Positions 1-9,491 of a stretch of DNA of 64,000 nucleotides are shown here, piece by piece; within the stretch, counting starts at the first letter, position 1, and each line of letters begins with the position of its first letter. Origin of the DNA: a virus. The notes below the pieces were generated by a model. That model saw only the letters and a program-made list of their open reading frames with translations, had not been told where the DNA came from and searched no databases. Both the position numbers and the translations under genes were made by a program. Location: IMG/VR virus record IMGVR_UViG_2643221865_000002; one strand, 5' to 3'.

Positions 1-98
1 CCGCTGTCATCAGGGCTCCCCTCGCGCCGTCTGATGCGTGGAAGTATGCGCCTGCCGGGCCGCTGTTGTCTAGCGTGCGGTTGCGGCACCCGGGAAGG

Positions 99-553
99 TC
101 ACCAGCGGAGTTCGTCCGCGGCGCGTCGCTCGAGCCGGCTGGTGAGGTCCACATTGGCGGCTTCCAGCTCCTTGATCCGCTGCTGAAGCGCGTCGGTGTG
201 ATCGCCGTCCCAGATGTCCTCGGTGAGTTCGGAGAGGCGGTCCACCATCCACCCGAGGTCCGGCTCCGGGTTGCCGAGCTGCCAGCTGAGCTCCTCACGG
301 ATGACGGTGCGGGCGCGGAGACGGTGCGCCGACAAAATGTCCCACGCTTCGCCGTCCAGGTAGCATTCCGGGTCGATGCTGTGACCGTATTCCGCCCAGT
401 CGTCGATGACCGCAGCCAAGGCTGTGTCCGGTGTGGGGTAGACGCCGTACCGTTCGCTGGCCGGCGGTCGGATGTCGTCGGAAGCGAACCCCATGACCGG
501 TGTGAACTGGCCGGGGCTGAGCTTCCGAACGAGGTAGAAGTTGTCTGAGGACA
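99..553 (-). CDS. hypothetical protein (acidic, coiled-coil C-terminus); gene begins upstream of the window edge? no - ends at 99; start uncertain (GTG about 553 just after upstream stop, or ATG 494)
   Basis: ORF 99..683 gives a clean coding C-terminal 130 aa (MGFASDD...). The N-terminal part of the ORF overlaps the upstream gene stop at 560 and is Arg/His-rich junk. Confidence 0.45.
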
Positions 554-559
554 CGGTTG

Positions 560-2290
560 CTACCGTCCGATCGAGGTGTAAGCGGTGAATGGGGTGGTGC
601 TGCTGGGGACGGTGACCGCTGTCGGCAGGTTCACTGCGGCGGTTGAGTTGACGCCGGCCTGCCCGTTGGTGTTCTTCCCCCACGAGTACAGGCGGCCTTT
701 CCAGTCGAACGCGAGGACGCCGTTGGGGCCGGCGGTGACGTCAGCGAACTTCACCTTCCCGGACGCCGTGGACAGGGCCGCATCGGTGGGGACGTTCTGG
801 TTGGCGGTGAGGTTGTTGCCGATGGTTCCGTTTGCGCCGTTGCCCCAGCAGTACACGTACCGGTACTTGTCGACGGCGCAGTTGAACGTGTCGCCGACAG
901 TCAGAGTGGTGAAGGTGCGGCTGCTGCTGACTGTGGTGCCGCCGACGACGGTGTTGTTGGCGCCGTTGCCGATCTGTCCGTTCGTTCCGAGGCCCCAGCA
1001 GGTGACGTTGGCGGTGGCGTTCGTGGTGAGCCCGCAGGCGGTGCCGGCGTTCACCTGGAGGCTGGTGAACTTGTAGGAGCCGGTGACCATCGCCAGGCGC
1101 GCGGCGCTGCTCAGTGCGGTCGCGGAACCGAAGGTGGTCTGCTTCGGGCCCTTGCACCAGACGTCCTTGTTGGTGTCGAGGATGCAGACGTTCCCGAGGG
1201 CGTCCATGTCGGCGGACACGACCTTGTTCGGGGCGGTGAGCGCGCTGGTCAGAACCGGGGTGATCGAGCTGCCCCACTCGTTGTACCCCCAGCAGAACAG
1301 GGCGTCGGGGGTGGTGTCAGCAGGAGTGGTGACGCCGCAAGTGGTGCCGCCGGTGGTCTCCAGCCAGCGGTACTTGTGGCTGTCGGCCACCGCCTGCGGG
1401 GTGGTCTGGTCGGTGCTCCCGCCGTTGCCGACCGCGCCGGCGCTGGTGCCGGAGTTCACACCCCAGCAGTACGCACTGTTGTCCGCGGCGCTGATGCCGC
1501 AGGTGGTTCCGGATCCCTTGGTGATGCTTGTCCAGGTGAACCCGGGGATGGCGGTCGGGATGAGGAGCGGGTCGATTGCCGACCCGACGCCGAGGATCGA
1601 GGCGGGGTTCGGACCCCAGCAGTAAGCAACGGCGGTGGTGGTGATGGCGCAGGTGCCGCCCAGGGTGCTGTTCTGGCGGTCGGTGACGACCTTCGCCACA
1701 GTGAGCGCGACGGTCGGCGCCGCGGGTGCCGCGACGACGATCTTCTTGGGGGTGGCGGATTGGGCGTTGCTGTTGTCCCCGAGACCGTTCTTCCCCCACG
1801 CCCACAGGTTGCTGGTGCCGTCCAGGTTTCCGGCTGCGTCGATCGCGAACGTCCGGTCCTGGCTTGCGGAGTAGGAGTCGACGGTGGCCGCGGTCTTGAA
1901 CCGGGTTTCTGTCACCTTGCTGGCGGTGCCCCAGACGGGAGCGCCGATGGAGTCGTACCCGACGATGTGGGTGTTGACACCCGAGGTGAGGTCGCGGTTC
2001 TCGGTCTTCGTGACAGCGCCGTAGGTCGCGGTGACAGCGATCGGGGTGTGCCCAGCGGCGGTGGTGCCGACGGTGATGGCGGCGGTGACTCCGTTGTAGG
2101 TTCGGGCGTCGGTCGTGGCGGTTCCGGCGCCGGCGAGCTCAGCGACGTAGGCGTCGTACCGTGTCTCCAGCGCGTTGTTGACAATGTAGGCGGTGTCAGC
2201 GGTCTTGTAGGTGGCTACGGTGTTGATGCCTGAGGTGGCGAGGCCGACGGAGATGACACCTGCCATGAGGACGAACGCGGCGGATGCCAT
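560..2290 (-). CDS. secreted RCC1-repeat (beta-propeller) protein with N-terminal signal/TM (MASAAFVLMAGVISVGLA)
   Basis: Seven or more repeats of the form xYCWG...G.LG (AYCWGPNPASILGVGS, AYCWGVNSGTSAG, VTCWGLGTNGQIGNG, VYCWGNGANGTIGNN, LYSWGKNTNGQAGVN) are typical of RCC1/ATS1 repeats. The ORF-track N-terminal 94 aa are Arg/His junk. An internal ATG at 2288-2290 is followed by a signal peptide. Confidence 0.7.
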   Translation of the reverse strand: MASAAFVLMAGVISVGLATSGINTVATYKTADTAYIVNNALETRYDAYVAELAGAGTATTDARTYNGVTAAITVGTTAAGHTPIAVTATYGAVTKTENRDLTSGVNTHIVGYDSIGAPVWGTASKVTETRFKTAATVDSYSASQDRTFAIDAAGNLDGTSNLWAWGKNGLGDNSNAQSATPKKIVVAAPAAPTVALTVAKVVTDRQNSTLGGTCAITTTAVAYCWGPNPASILGVGSAIDPLLIPTAIPGFTWTSITKGSGTTCGISAADNSAYCWGVNSGTSAGAVGNGGSTDQTTPQAVADSHKYRWLETTGGTTCGVTTPADTTPDALFCWGYNEWGSSITPVLTSALTAPNKVVSADMDALGNVCILDTNKDVWCKGPKQTTFGSATALSSAARLAMVTGSYKFTSLQVNAGTACGLTTNATANVTCWGLGTNGQIGNGANNTVVGGTTVSSSRTFTTLTVGDTFNCAVDKYRYVYCWGNGANGTIGNNLTANQNVPTDAALSTASGKVKFADVTAGPNGVLAFDWKGRLYSWGKNTNGQAGVNSTAAVNLPTAVTVPSSTTPFTAYTSIGR

Positions 2291-2355
2291 GGCGGATCCG
2301 CGCTGGTTGCGGCGCAGCGACCGGAACGGGTTTCTGATTGTCACGTGCAGGGTCC

Positions 2356-3039
2356 TTAGTTTCCGACGAACTTCGTGGTGGCGCTGGTGGTGCCGTTGAG
2401 GATGGAGACGCGGTTCGCGACCTGGTCTGCGGTCACTGTGACCGGGCGGGCGGTGCTGGTGTTGATGGTGGTGTTGAGGACGGCGGACTTGTACGCAGTG
2501 CTCTCCCACTTCACCTCGGAGACCTGGAGGTCTCGTGTCTTCGCTTCCAGCACCAGGTTGGCGCCGCTCCACTGGAACAGGCGGCCGCCGGCGTTCCGGT
2601 AGCTGAACGGGTCAGCTGCGCCGGAGTCGGGGATGACAGTCTCGGTGGCGTGGCTGGTTTCGGTGCCGAGGCATCCGGTCACGCCGATGCCGGATCCGGC
2701 GGGGAAGTTCGTCTGGGTGACGGTGATGTTCTTCTTCGCGACCAACGCCCAAGTGCTCGTGACGCAGGTGTTGTCGGTGCGGACGTAGGAGAACTTCACC
2801 TGCTCTACTGCGGGGATGATGACGGTGGCGTGGTCGACGTCGTTCCGCCACCGTGTCTGCGCCGCAGCGATCTGCTGTTGGGTGTTGGCGGTGACGTCGA
2901 CGGACAGTTTCGCGTAGTTGGCGGCGATGGTCCCGCCGACGATCGCGGTCATGCAGAGCGCGGAGACGATGACGGCGACGATGGTGTCGGGGAGGGAGAA
3001 TCCGCGCTGGTCGTTGCGGAGGCGGGTGAGGAGAGTCAC
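2356..3039 (-). CDS. TadE/pilin-like N-terminal domain secreted protein (pseudopilin-like)
   Basis: GTG start with RBS AAGGGAG. N-terminus LRNDQRGFSLPDTIVAVIVSALCMTAIVGG matches a class-III/TadE-like signal (charged, then G-F-S-L, then a hydrophobic helix). Its stop at 3043 abuts the next gene. Confidence 0.5.
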   Translation of the reverse strand: MTLLTRLRNDQRGFSLPDTIVAVIVSALCMTAIVGGTIAANYAKLSVDVTANTQQQIAAAQTRWRNDVDHATVIIPAVEQVKFSYVRTDNTCVTSTWALVAKKNITVTQTNFPAGSGIGVTGCLGTETSHATETVIPDSGAADPFSYRNAGGRLFQWSGANLVLEAKTRDLQVSEVKWESTAYKSAVLNTTINTSTARPVTVTADQVANRVSILNGTTSATTKFVGN

Positions 3040-3042
3040 GGG

Positions 3043-3804
3043 TCAGGCTCCCTTGTAGACGTTGAACCGGGACAGCTTGACTGTGCCGCCGTTGATGGGC
3101 GCGAAGTTGACGGTGATGGTGGTGCCGGCGGGTGCGAACACCGACCCGTAAAAGTAGGAGTTGTCGGTGTCGTCGAACTGGATCGATTCGAGCTTCGTGG
3201 CGCCGTTCATGAAGTCGATCGACCCCGGGCCGGAGGCGGTTGTGGCATTGATGTTGAGGACATAGCGGACCTCAGTGGCGCCGACTGGCACCTGGAACGT
3301 TCCGACAGCCCCGGCGGATACGGTGGCCGGTGCGGTAGTAGGTCCGGACACCGCGGTGCCCTTCCAGGACGGGTTCGCGTCGACGATCTGAATGCCGGGC
3401 TCTGCGATGGGGACTGAGACCGTCGTGGTGAGGCACGTGGCTTCCAGAGCTGCCGGGTTGGTGCATCCGGTCGCCCCGGTTTTCGGGACTGCGACATGGA
3501 TGACAGCCACACCGGGCTTGTCCTCACGCCAGGTGGTGACGCTTGTCGTTCCGGCGCCGGTGTTGACGTTGGCGCTGACCGGGGTTGTCAGGACGGCTGT
3601 GGGGTTGCCGACTTTGCCGTGGGCGATGTTCTGGATGACGGTGAGCCGGGTCGCCTGGTCGCGGGTGGCGTCGACGACGTCGGTGGTGGTGACGGCGACG
3701 CTGACGAGGGCGGTCATCGTCAGGGCGGTGATGACGACACCGAACATGGCGTCGATCAGCGCTGAACCGCGTTCATTCGCAAGTCTGCGGCGCAGCTTGT
3801 TCAT
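3043..3804 (-). CDS. TadE/TadG-like N-terminal domain secreted protein
   Basis: N-terminus RRRLANERGSALIDAMFGVVITALTMTALV matches the TadE-like pattern (ERG-x-AAVEFALV). RBS GAAGGAG lies 8 nt before the ATG. It is a tandem paralog of the previous gene. Confidence 0.5.
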   Translation of the reverse strand: MNKLRRRLANERGSALIDAMFGVVITALTMTALVSVAVTTTDVVDATRDQATRLTVIQNIAHGKVGNPTAVLTTPVSANVNTGAGTTSVTTWREDKPGVAVIHVAVPKTGATGCTNPAALEATCLTTTVSVPIAEPGIQIVDANPSWKGTAVSGPTTAPATVSAGAVGTFQVPVGATEVRYVLNINATTASGPGSIDFMNGATKLESIQFDDTDNSYFYGSVFAPAGTTITVNFAPINGGTVKLSRFNVYKGA

Positions 3805-3925
3805 GGGCGGGGCTCCTTCGGGGACGGGGTGGTCGGGATGACTTCATGCCTGACTATCGGCAGTGCCGGCGGTGTCCGTCACCGTCGGCCGGCACCTCTT
3901 TGCGGTCCGGCTGATGTCGCGGATG

Positions 3926-3944
3926 CCTCCTTCATGCGCGGATC
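3926..3944 (-). promoter_or_regulatory. gene-proximal conserved motif copy (plus-strand text cctccttcatgcgcggatc)
   Basis: Matches the consensus. It sits in the 227-bp gap upstream of gene 3043..3804. Confidence 0.5.
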
Positions 3945-3980
3945 TCGGCGGTTTCGGATCTACTCGCACCGGGGCGCGCA

Positions 3981-4016
3981 GAAGCCCCGCCGCGGCTGTT
4001 CGCCGGGCGGGGCTTC
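3981..4016 (-). terminator. GC-rich hairpin (11-bp perfect stem GAAGCCCCGCC / GGCGGGGCTTC) after membrane-protein gene 4032..5576
   Basis: Inverted repeat seen directly. There is no U-tract. Confidence 0.45.
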
Positions 4017-4031
4017 CGAGTGGTGCTGGTG

Positions 4032-5576
4032 CTACTTGGTGGCGCGGCGTGCGAGCTCGTCGAGGATGCGGCCGGCGAGGTCGTGCAGCTGCGCGGGGGT
4101 CATGGCGGCAAGGTCGCCGTCCACCTCGACAGGCTCGGAGGTCGAGCCGTCATCGCCAGGCTGGGTGCCGGTGCGGGTGACCTCGTCGCCATTCTTGTCG
4201 TAGAGGATGGCGTCACCGTCCTGCTCGATCACAGCGCGGTAGACGATGTTCTGGCTCTTGCCGATGGAGGCGACCCAGTTTCCGTCCTCACCGGGGACGA
4301 CCTCGAACACCTCCAGGCCGGTAGCCCAGTCAGGCATCCAGGAGTACTGCGTCTCGATCTCCTGGGCGATGGACGAGTTCGCGGAGCGAGTGTGACCCTT
4401 GGCGTACTTGTGGACGGAGAGCGTGTTCAGCTTCCCGGACGTCGACTCGGTGGCGTCGATGTTGGCGATGGCGACCACCGAGGTGGAGGATCCGCGCGGG
4501 GACAGCGGGGTGGAGTATCCGGCGTCGGAGTCTCCGGCGTAGCGGAGGGTGAACTCGGACCCGTTGAAGGAGCCGGTGTCGTTGGCGTTCTCGAACCCGT
4601 TGCGGTTCTGGACATGGTCCTCCCAGGTGCCGACCTTCCCGTCCTTGTTGAGGGCGTCGAGGGCCTGGCGCTGGATGGCGGCGAGGGACTGCGGGTAGAC
4701 GGGGCCGGGGATGTCGGAGGTGTCCGTGAACACGGTCACCTGGCCGGTCTTGCCGTCGTACACGGCGGCGCCGAACACGTTCCACTTTGTGATCCAGAAC
4801 CCGTCGTGGGACTTCAACGGGACGACGACCTTCGGGGTGTCACCGTCGCAGTAGCCGTACACGTCGCCGCTGTCGAAGGTGACGTTCACCGGGGTCTGCG
4901 CGTTGACCATCAGGTCGAGGGACTCATGCGGGAGGACTCCGCCGAGGCGCTGCTCGGCAGCGTTGACGTCGAAGTTGCAGTTCTTCACGTTGGAGGCGTC
5001 GGCAGCACCGAACATGGGAATGTCGATCGTCTGCACCGACTCGTAGCCGACCTGCCAGCCGTTCCGCTCAACGAGGGTGGTCCACAGGCCGGACTTGCCC
5101 TGGTCGATGAGCACCTTCGAGTTCAGTTCGGTGCCGGTGGTGTCACCCATCAGCTTGTGCGCTGATGATGCTGCCACGTCGTACGGGGCGCGGGGTGCGT
5201 AGTCCGGTGCGGGGTCGGTGACGACCTTCACACTGGACACGTACTGGGCGTGGGTGTCGAACGTTGTCCGGACAGCGGTGATGATGCTGAGGACGAGCAG
5301 CAGCAGGATGCCCAGGACGGCGATAGTGCCGATGGCAGCCCCCGGGCCGTTTCCTGCGGAGAAAGCGATGACAGCCACGACGAACAGGGCGACGATCGCA
5401 CCGATGAAGATGAAGACGGGCGCGGCGGAGATGAACACGTCAGCCCAGCCGTGAGCGAGGGATGGGCCCCAGACCAGCCACGGCCACCCGAGGACGGCGA
5501 CGGCAGCGATGGCCATGATGATGTAACCGGTGATGCTGCCGGATTCGGATCGGGACGAGTTGTAGTTGTAGCTCAT
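4032..5576 (-). CDS. integral membrane protein with large extracytoplasmic domain (hypothetical)
   Basis: ATG at 5576 with RBS AGGAAG. There are four N-terminal TM helices, then a 380-aa hydrophilic domain. Codon usage is clean. Confidence 0.7.
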   Translation of the reverse strand: MSYNYNSSRSESGSITGYIIMAIAAVAVLGWPWLVWGPSLAHGWADVFISAAPVFIFIGAIVALFVVAVIAFSAGNGPGAAIGTIAVLGILLLLVLSIITAVRTTFDTHAQYVSSVKVVTDPAPDYAPRAPYDVAASSAHKLMGDTTGTELNSKVLIDQGKSGLWTTLVERNGWQVGYESVQTIDIPMFGAADASNVKNCNFDVNAAEQRLGGVLPHESLDLMVNAQTPVNVTFDSGDVYGYCDGDTPKVVVPLKSHDGFWITKWNVFGAAVYDGKTGQVTVFTDTSDIPGPVYPQSLAAIQRQALDALNKDGKVGTWEDHVQNRNGFENANDTGSFNGSEFTLRYAGDSDAGYSTPLSPRGSSTSVVAIANIDATESTSGKLNTLSVHKYAKGHTRSANSSIAQEIETQYSWMPDWATGLEVFEVVPGEDGNWVASIGKSQNIVYRAVIEQDGDAILYDKNGDEVTRTGTQPGDDGSTSEPVEVDGDLAAMTPAQLHDLAGRILDELARRATK

Positions 5577-5623
5577 GCGGGGTGTTCTTCCTGGGCGGCG
5601 GCACTGTGCTCGCCTGCTCGTTA

Positions 5624-5638
5624 CCTACATGGGCGGAG
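5624..5638 (-). promoter_or_regulatory. conserved motif copy (variant CCGCCCATGTAGGT) upstream of 4032..5576
   Basis: Sequence match, about 50 nt before the start. Confidence 0.5.
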
Positions 5639-5685
5639 ATTCCCGTTTCTGTGCGCGCACGCTGTTTCCAGCTGTTTCGTTCCGG

Positions 5686-5701
5686 TCCGCGCATGGAGGT
5701 G
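5686..5701 (+). promoter_or_regulatory. conserved motif copy in plus orientation (TCCGCGCATGGAGGTG) upstream of plus-strand gene 5749..6114
   Basis: Sequence match. Its orientation follows the gene strand. Confidence 0.5.
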
Positions 5702-5748
5702 GAGAAGAAGAACCTCAACGCCGCAGAAGCGGCAGAACGGATACAACC

Positions 5749-6114
5749 TTGATCGACGGAATCTCCACCATCCACTTCGGGCTCAGCATCGACGACCTCG
5801 CGGAGGTCCCCGAGGTGTGGGGTGCGACCGTGGACGGCGACGGCTGGAACGCATGGGGCGACAAGCCTGGCGTCGACGTCAACGACGCCGACACGCTCCA
5901 CCTGTCCATCACCCGCCACAACGAAGCCATCGACGGCACCGTCCGTACGGTGATCGCCCGCCTCGCGGACAAGCTCGTACAGATGGGCGGCTACGACAGC
6001 CAGGCCGGCATCGTCCTCGTCGTCACCGACTCGGCCGACTGGTCCGAGCAGAAGAAGTCGCTGAAGAAGGGCGAGCCGTGGATTGGCGCCTCCAAGGCGT
6101 TCGTCGCCGCGTAA
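5749..6114 (+). CDS. hypothetical protein (about 121 aa; TTG start guess)
   Basis: The C-terminal 120 aa of ORF 5575..6114 look protein-like (LIDGISTIHFGLSIDDLAEV...). A sense-orientation motif copy lies at 5686-5701 and a strong hairpin terminator at 6132-6170. The N-terminal ORF part is antisense junk. Confidence 0.4.
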   Translation: MIDGISTIHFGLSIDDLAEVPEVWGATVDGDGWNAWGDKPGVDVNDADTLHLSITRHNEAIDGTVRTVIARLADKLVQMGGYDSQAGIVLVVTDSADWSEQKKSLKKGEPWIGASKAFVAA

Positions 6115-6131
6115 CCCCGGCCGCAATCACG

Positions 6132-6170
6132 AAGCCCCGCAACTCCTCGGAGGTGCGGGGCTTTCGTCAT
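6132..6170 (+). terminator. hairpin terminator (10-bp stem AAGCCCCGCA/TGCGGGGCTT, 12-nt loop, TTTCGTC tail)
   Basis: Located 17 nt after the stop of 5749..6114 (+), between convergent genes. Confidence 0.6.
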
Positions 6171-6247
6171 AGCGCCGGCAGAGGTGACGCCCGTGTGGTG
6201 TTGCTGCCGGACGGCGCGTGCGCTGGTCAACGCCGCCCGGCAGGTTG

Positions 6248-6871
6248 TTACTCCGAGACGGTGATGACAGTGTTCAACCGAACGCTGTTCTGCAACGTCT
6301 TGGCGAGCTCGTCGTCGTCCTGGCAGGTGACGTTCACCGTCACCCCGGTGTGGGTGCGGGTGCTGGCACGCATCGTGGTGAACGACACACCGTTCTCCAC
6401 GGTGAGGGTGTCGACGGTGCGGCCGGAGGTCTGCGTCTTGAACGCCGCCCACTGCTCCTGCTTGGTCTCGTTCGGCGCGGAGTCGGAGAACACGGAGTCC
6501 ATCCACTTCTGGGTGGCTTCGCGGTCCTCCCCCAGGTCGGTGATGGCGTCGCCGAGCTCGGACGTCCAGATGTCGGCGGTGCACCACGGCTCGTCGCCGC
6601 CGTCCACGGACTCGAAGCTGGCCCAGTTGAGGGTGGAGGGGTCGGAAGTGCTGACGTCCGCCTTCTTCCACAGGGTGTCGTGGTCGAGGTTGGTGGCGAA
6701 GTCCAGCTGCGAGTTGATGTCCAGGATCCCGCCGCTGGCGAAGTCGAGGTTGGAGATCGACTCCGGCTTCGTCGGCATCCCGTATGACAGGGTCGCGGGG
6801 ACGAGGACGGCGAGAGCTGCAGCGGACGCGACGAAGAAGCCGATGACGCGTTTCGTGTTGGTGGTGGGCAT
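6248..6871 (-). CDS. secreted protein/lipoprotein (hypothetical)
   Basis: The internal ATG (6869-6871) gives MPTTNTKRVIGFFVASAAALAVLVPATLSYG, a signal peptide. A motif copy lies 60 nt upstream. Confidence 0.65.
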   Translation of the reverse strand: MPTTNTKRVIGFFVASAAALAVLVPATLSYGMPTKPESISNLDFASGGILDINSQLDFATNLDHDTLWKKADVSTSDPSTLNWASFESVDGGDEPWCTADIWTSELGDAITDLGEDREATQKWMDSVFSDSAPNETKQEQWAAFKTQTSGRTVDTLTVENGVSFTTMRASTRTHTGVTVNVTCQDDDELAKTLQNSVRLNTVITVSE

Positions 6872-6926
6872 GAGGAGCGGGGGTTCCTTTGCTTGACGTG
6901 GCAGCCCGGTGTTCCGGGCATCATCA

Positions 6927-6940
6927 AGACATGTGGCAAG
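6927..6940 (-). promoter_or_regulatory. conserved motif copy (class 2: TTGCCACATGTCT)
   Basis: Upstream of 6248..6871. Confidence 0.5.
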
Positions 6941-7023
6941 TCCTCGACTGGTCGCCGAACCGCCCTGCGAACCACATCTGGGCAGCACGAAGCCGCCCTT
7001 CCTCCCGTTTGCCCGACGTATGC

Positions 7024-7377
7024 CTAGGAGCCCGGCGTCCAGACCGTCTGGCGGTACCGGTCGACAATCTCAACCTGCCGTTCGCGGGCACGGCTCAACC
7101 GTCGGTACGCCCTCATGCTCAGCACCATGAGGTACACGCCGGCGAGCGTCGCGACAGAGCCGGGGATGCTCACCAGCCGGAGGAAGGACAGCCCGGCGAG
7201 CGACGCGCACAACGACACGACCGTCAAAGTGACAGCCGTCAGAAGCACCCACCGTGCCGACCGGTTCAACATCAGGAACCGGGTGCGGGAAGCCTTCAGC
7301 TCCTCCTCGGCGAGGAACCGCTCCCGCTCAGCAGCGACAACCGCGTCGCCTTCAGCTAAACGCGACAGGTCCGACAT
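7024..7377 (-). CDS. small 2-TM membrane protein
   Basis: 117 aa with a cytoplasmic N-terminus, two hydrophobic helices and a basic C-terminus. Confidence 0.6.
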   Translation of the reverse strand: MSDLSRLAEGDAVVAAERERFLAEEELKASRTRFLMLNRSARWVLLTAVTLTVVSLCASLAGLSFLRLVSIPGSVATLAGVYLMVLSMRAYRRLSRARERQVEIVDRYRQTVWTPGS

Positions 7378-7406
7378 GGCCGCTCCCCCGTTCGATGAGA
7401 GCGAGC

Positions 7407-7757
7407 CTAGCTGCGCCGGCCGCCGAGCGCATCCGGGTACTGCAGTTCGTACTCAGCGAGACGACGGATCGACCTCTGCAGATCCACCCGGTCGGAGTAA
7501 CCGGACGACGCGAAGAACGTGGCGACCACCGCGACGATCGACAGGATCAGGGTGAGCAGACCGTTGAACGGGAACACAGCACCGCTGAGAGACAGGACGA
7601 TGATGGCGACGCCGGCGACAGAGGCCGACACAGCCACCGCGGTCCCTCGGGCGAACAGCTTCTTCGCGACCTGGCGTTCATGGTCAGCGACGGACTTCCG
7701 GGCGAACGTGACGAGCAGCTCCCCGTCAGGCGTGGAGGTGCTCAACTGTTCACCCAC
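7407..7757 (-). CDS. small 2-TM membrane protein (tandem paralog-like of 7024..7377)
   Basis: 116 aa with the same architecture, and the two genes are adjacent. Confidence 0.6.
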   Translation of the reverse strand: MGEQLSTSTPDGELLVTFARKSVADHERQVAKKLFARGTAVAVSASVAGVAIIVLSLSGAVFPFNGLLTLILSIVAVVATFFASSGYSDRVDLQRSIRRLAEYELQYPDALGGRRS

Positions 7758-8227
7758 CAGTTCGACTCGACACGCTCGTGGAACTGCTCCAACGCCTCAG
7801 CGTCGCCGGGGATCCACGCCTCCACCTCCACACGGATGTGCTGCCCGTCCTCCATCTGCGACGGCGGAGTGTACGGGACAGGCTTCGAGTCGGTGTCGGC
7901 TGGAGCCTCGCCGGGTCGGTAGAACTTCGCTGCCTTCAGCCAGCCGGTGAACGAGAACATGTTCTCGTCGCAGCTGCGGAACGTCAGGTCGGTGATCTCG
8001 TAGTGAGCGAGGTACGCACGGTCGCCTTCATCGTCACGTCCGGTGGGGAACTTCATCTCCACCACCCCGTAACCGTTCTGGTCGAGACGCACGTGCGCGC
8101 CGTGCAGAACCGCCACCTTCCGGTCCGTGAACCGAGGCGGACGAGCCGTTGAGGCGATGACCACCTCGGAGGTTCCTCCGTTGGTGGCGTGGTGGAACAG
8201 CGGGTGGGGCTTCACATTGGTCTCCAT
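7742..8227 (-). CDS. hypothetical protein
   Basis: Internal ATG 8225-8227 (METNVKPHP...). A motif copy ends exactly 8 nt upstream of this ATG. Confidence 0.6.
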   Translation of the reverse strand: METNVKPHPLFHHATNGGTSEVVIASTARPPRFTDRKVAVLHGAHVRLDQNGYGVVEMKFPTGRDDEGDRAYLAHYEITDLTFRSCDENMFSFTGWLKAAKFYRPGEAPADTDSKPVPYTPPSQMEDGQHIRVEVEAWIPGDAEALEQFHERVESNWWVNS

Positions 8228-8232
8228 GGCAC

Positions 8233-8247
8233 CAACATGTGCGGATA
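8233..8247 (-). promoter_or_regulatory. conserved motif copy, CACATG-N8-ATG
   Basis: Upstream of 7742..8227 with no RBS; leaderless-like. Confidence 0.55.
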
Positions 8248-8400
8248 CGCGCATTCCTGCTGTCGGAGTACGGGAAGAAGACCGGCGCGATCATCTGGAC
8301 GCTCCCCCATCGGCGACGGTCGTCGCGGCAGCCGAAGCATCTCAAAGGCGAGGCGGCGCCGGAGGCGACGCCGGTCAGGTGCGGGCGCTGACCTGGGCTG

Positions 8401-8967
8401 TCAGGTGTTCGGGTTCCCGGGTATTGGAAGCGGGAGTTCGATGATCGTCGTCCGGATGTCGTGGAGGTCGGTCAGCGGCACGTCGCCGTACCAGGGGTCG
8501 TTCAGTCCGCGCGGGTCCTGGGAGGTGAAGATGCCTTGGCTGCGGATCCAGTCGAGGTCGTCGCCCATGTATGTGACGCCAGCCTTGTACCCGGTGGCGT
8601 CCTGCTCGACCGGCCAGCGGACGTACTGGCCGTGGTCGTCGATGACGAGGCCGAGGTTGAACGGTTGACCGCCGATCGTGCAGACAGTCTCCGTTTTGAG
8701 GTTCCGTTCCACCCAGTCGAGCGGGACGTCGAAGAGGGTGCTGCCCGGGAACCGGTACCGGTTCCTGTCCAGGTAGGGAGCTGCGGCGCGTTCGGTCACC
8801 CAGCCGAGCTCTGCGGCTTGGGCGGGGCTGGCGACAAGGGCGAGGGTGACGTCCGGCCAGGTCCAGAACATCTGCATGTCCACGTAGAACCAGTGGCCAC
8901 GGACGAGCGCGTAGGTACCGCTGGGCACGACGTCGGCGCCGGGCCAGATCTCCGAGATGTCGGTCAT
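8401..8967 (-). CDS. hypothetical protein
   Basis: ATG at 8965-8967 (MTDISEIW...). Coding looks clean. Confidence 0.55.
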   Translation of the reverse strand: MTDISEIWPGADVVPSGTYALVRGHWFYVDMQMFWTWPDVTLALVASPAQAAELGWVTERAAAPYLDRNRYRFPGSTLFDVPLDWVERNLKTETVCTIGGQPFNLGLVIDDHGQYVRWPVEQDATGYKAGVTYMGDDLDWIRSQGIFTSQDPRGLNDPWYGDVPLTDLHDIRTTIIELPLPIPGNPNT

Positions 8968-9491
8968 CCAGCCGACACCGTGTTGGCCGCCTTGTGTGCG
9001 TATGCTGCGAGCCACCGGGATCCGAGGATCCGGTAGGCGATGTCGGAGGCGTCGCCGCGGAGGGTGAGGTTCTCGTGTTCCGCAGCCCAGAGGACGTGGA
9101 TGAGGCCGGTGTGGTCGTCCTCCCAGTCGTTGAAGGGCGGCATCACACCGAACTGGAGTGTGTCCGGGTCGTAGTCGAGCTTCACGTTCGATCCGAGGTT
9201 CAGCTTCAGGCTGGCTTCGGTGACCTGCTGGGTGAGCTCGCCGATGCTTCTCGCCTGGGCGAAGCCGCCTTCGCGTAGGCTGCGGACGTCCTCGTTGGCC
9301 TGGTCGAGCAGGGCGGTGACGGTCGCCAGCTTCTCTGTGAGCGCGGCGTTGTCGGCACGGAGTCTCGTGTTCTCCTGAGCGGCGGCGAACCCGCCCTCTC
9401 GAAGCGTCTGGACGTCCTCGTTGGCGCCTTCCAGGAGTGCGTTGGCGTGGTCGAGTGACTTCTGGAGCTTCTTCTCGTCGGCTGCCGTCAT
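8964..9491 (-). CDS. coiled-coil protein with internal duplicated segment (ANEDVQTLREGGFA x2) and conserved C-terminal domain
   Basis: ATG 9489-9491 overlaps the upstream stop (ATGA). Its C-terminal domain is shared with the upstream paralog. Confidence 0.55.
   Translation of the reverse strand: MTAADEKKLQKSLDHANALLEGANEDVQTLREGGFAAAQENTRLRADNAALTEKLATVTALLDQANEDVRSLREGGFAQARSIGELTQQVTEASLKLNLGSNVKLDYDPDTLQFGVMPPFNDWEDDHTGLIHVLWAAEHENLTLRGDASDIAYRILGSRWLAAYAHKAANTVSAG

Noticed and set aside
1376-2233. Long Gly/Arg/Asp-rich ORFs antisense to real genes (for example 1376..2233, 4020..5165, 14674..16629, 12340..14130, 19268..20053, 20495..22363, 33928..35724, 35615..37123, 42383..43858, 49895..51871, 26681..27496)
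   Set aside because: Each overlaps a gene with clear domain signatures on the opposite strand. The compositions (GDG/RGR runs) are the usual high-GC antisense artefact.
2339-2346. CACGTG (E-box-like) sequence upstream of the 560..2290 start as another motif copy
   Set aside because: It matches only 5 of 9 core positions, so I did not count it.
6889-7359. Plus-strand ORFs beginning MW.. or MCG.. (6889..7359, 11101..11652, 28010..28351, 49110..49823, 51550..51903, 12029..12751)
   Set aside because: They start at the ATG/GTG embedded in the repeated intergenic motif and run antisense through well-supported minus-strand genes. They have Arg/Pro/Ser-rich low-complexity translations typical of high-GC antisense frames.
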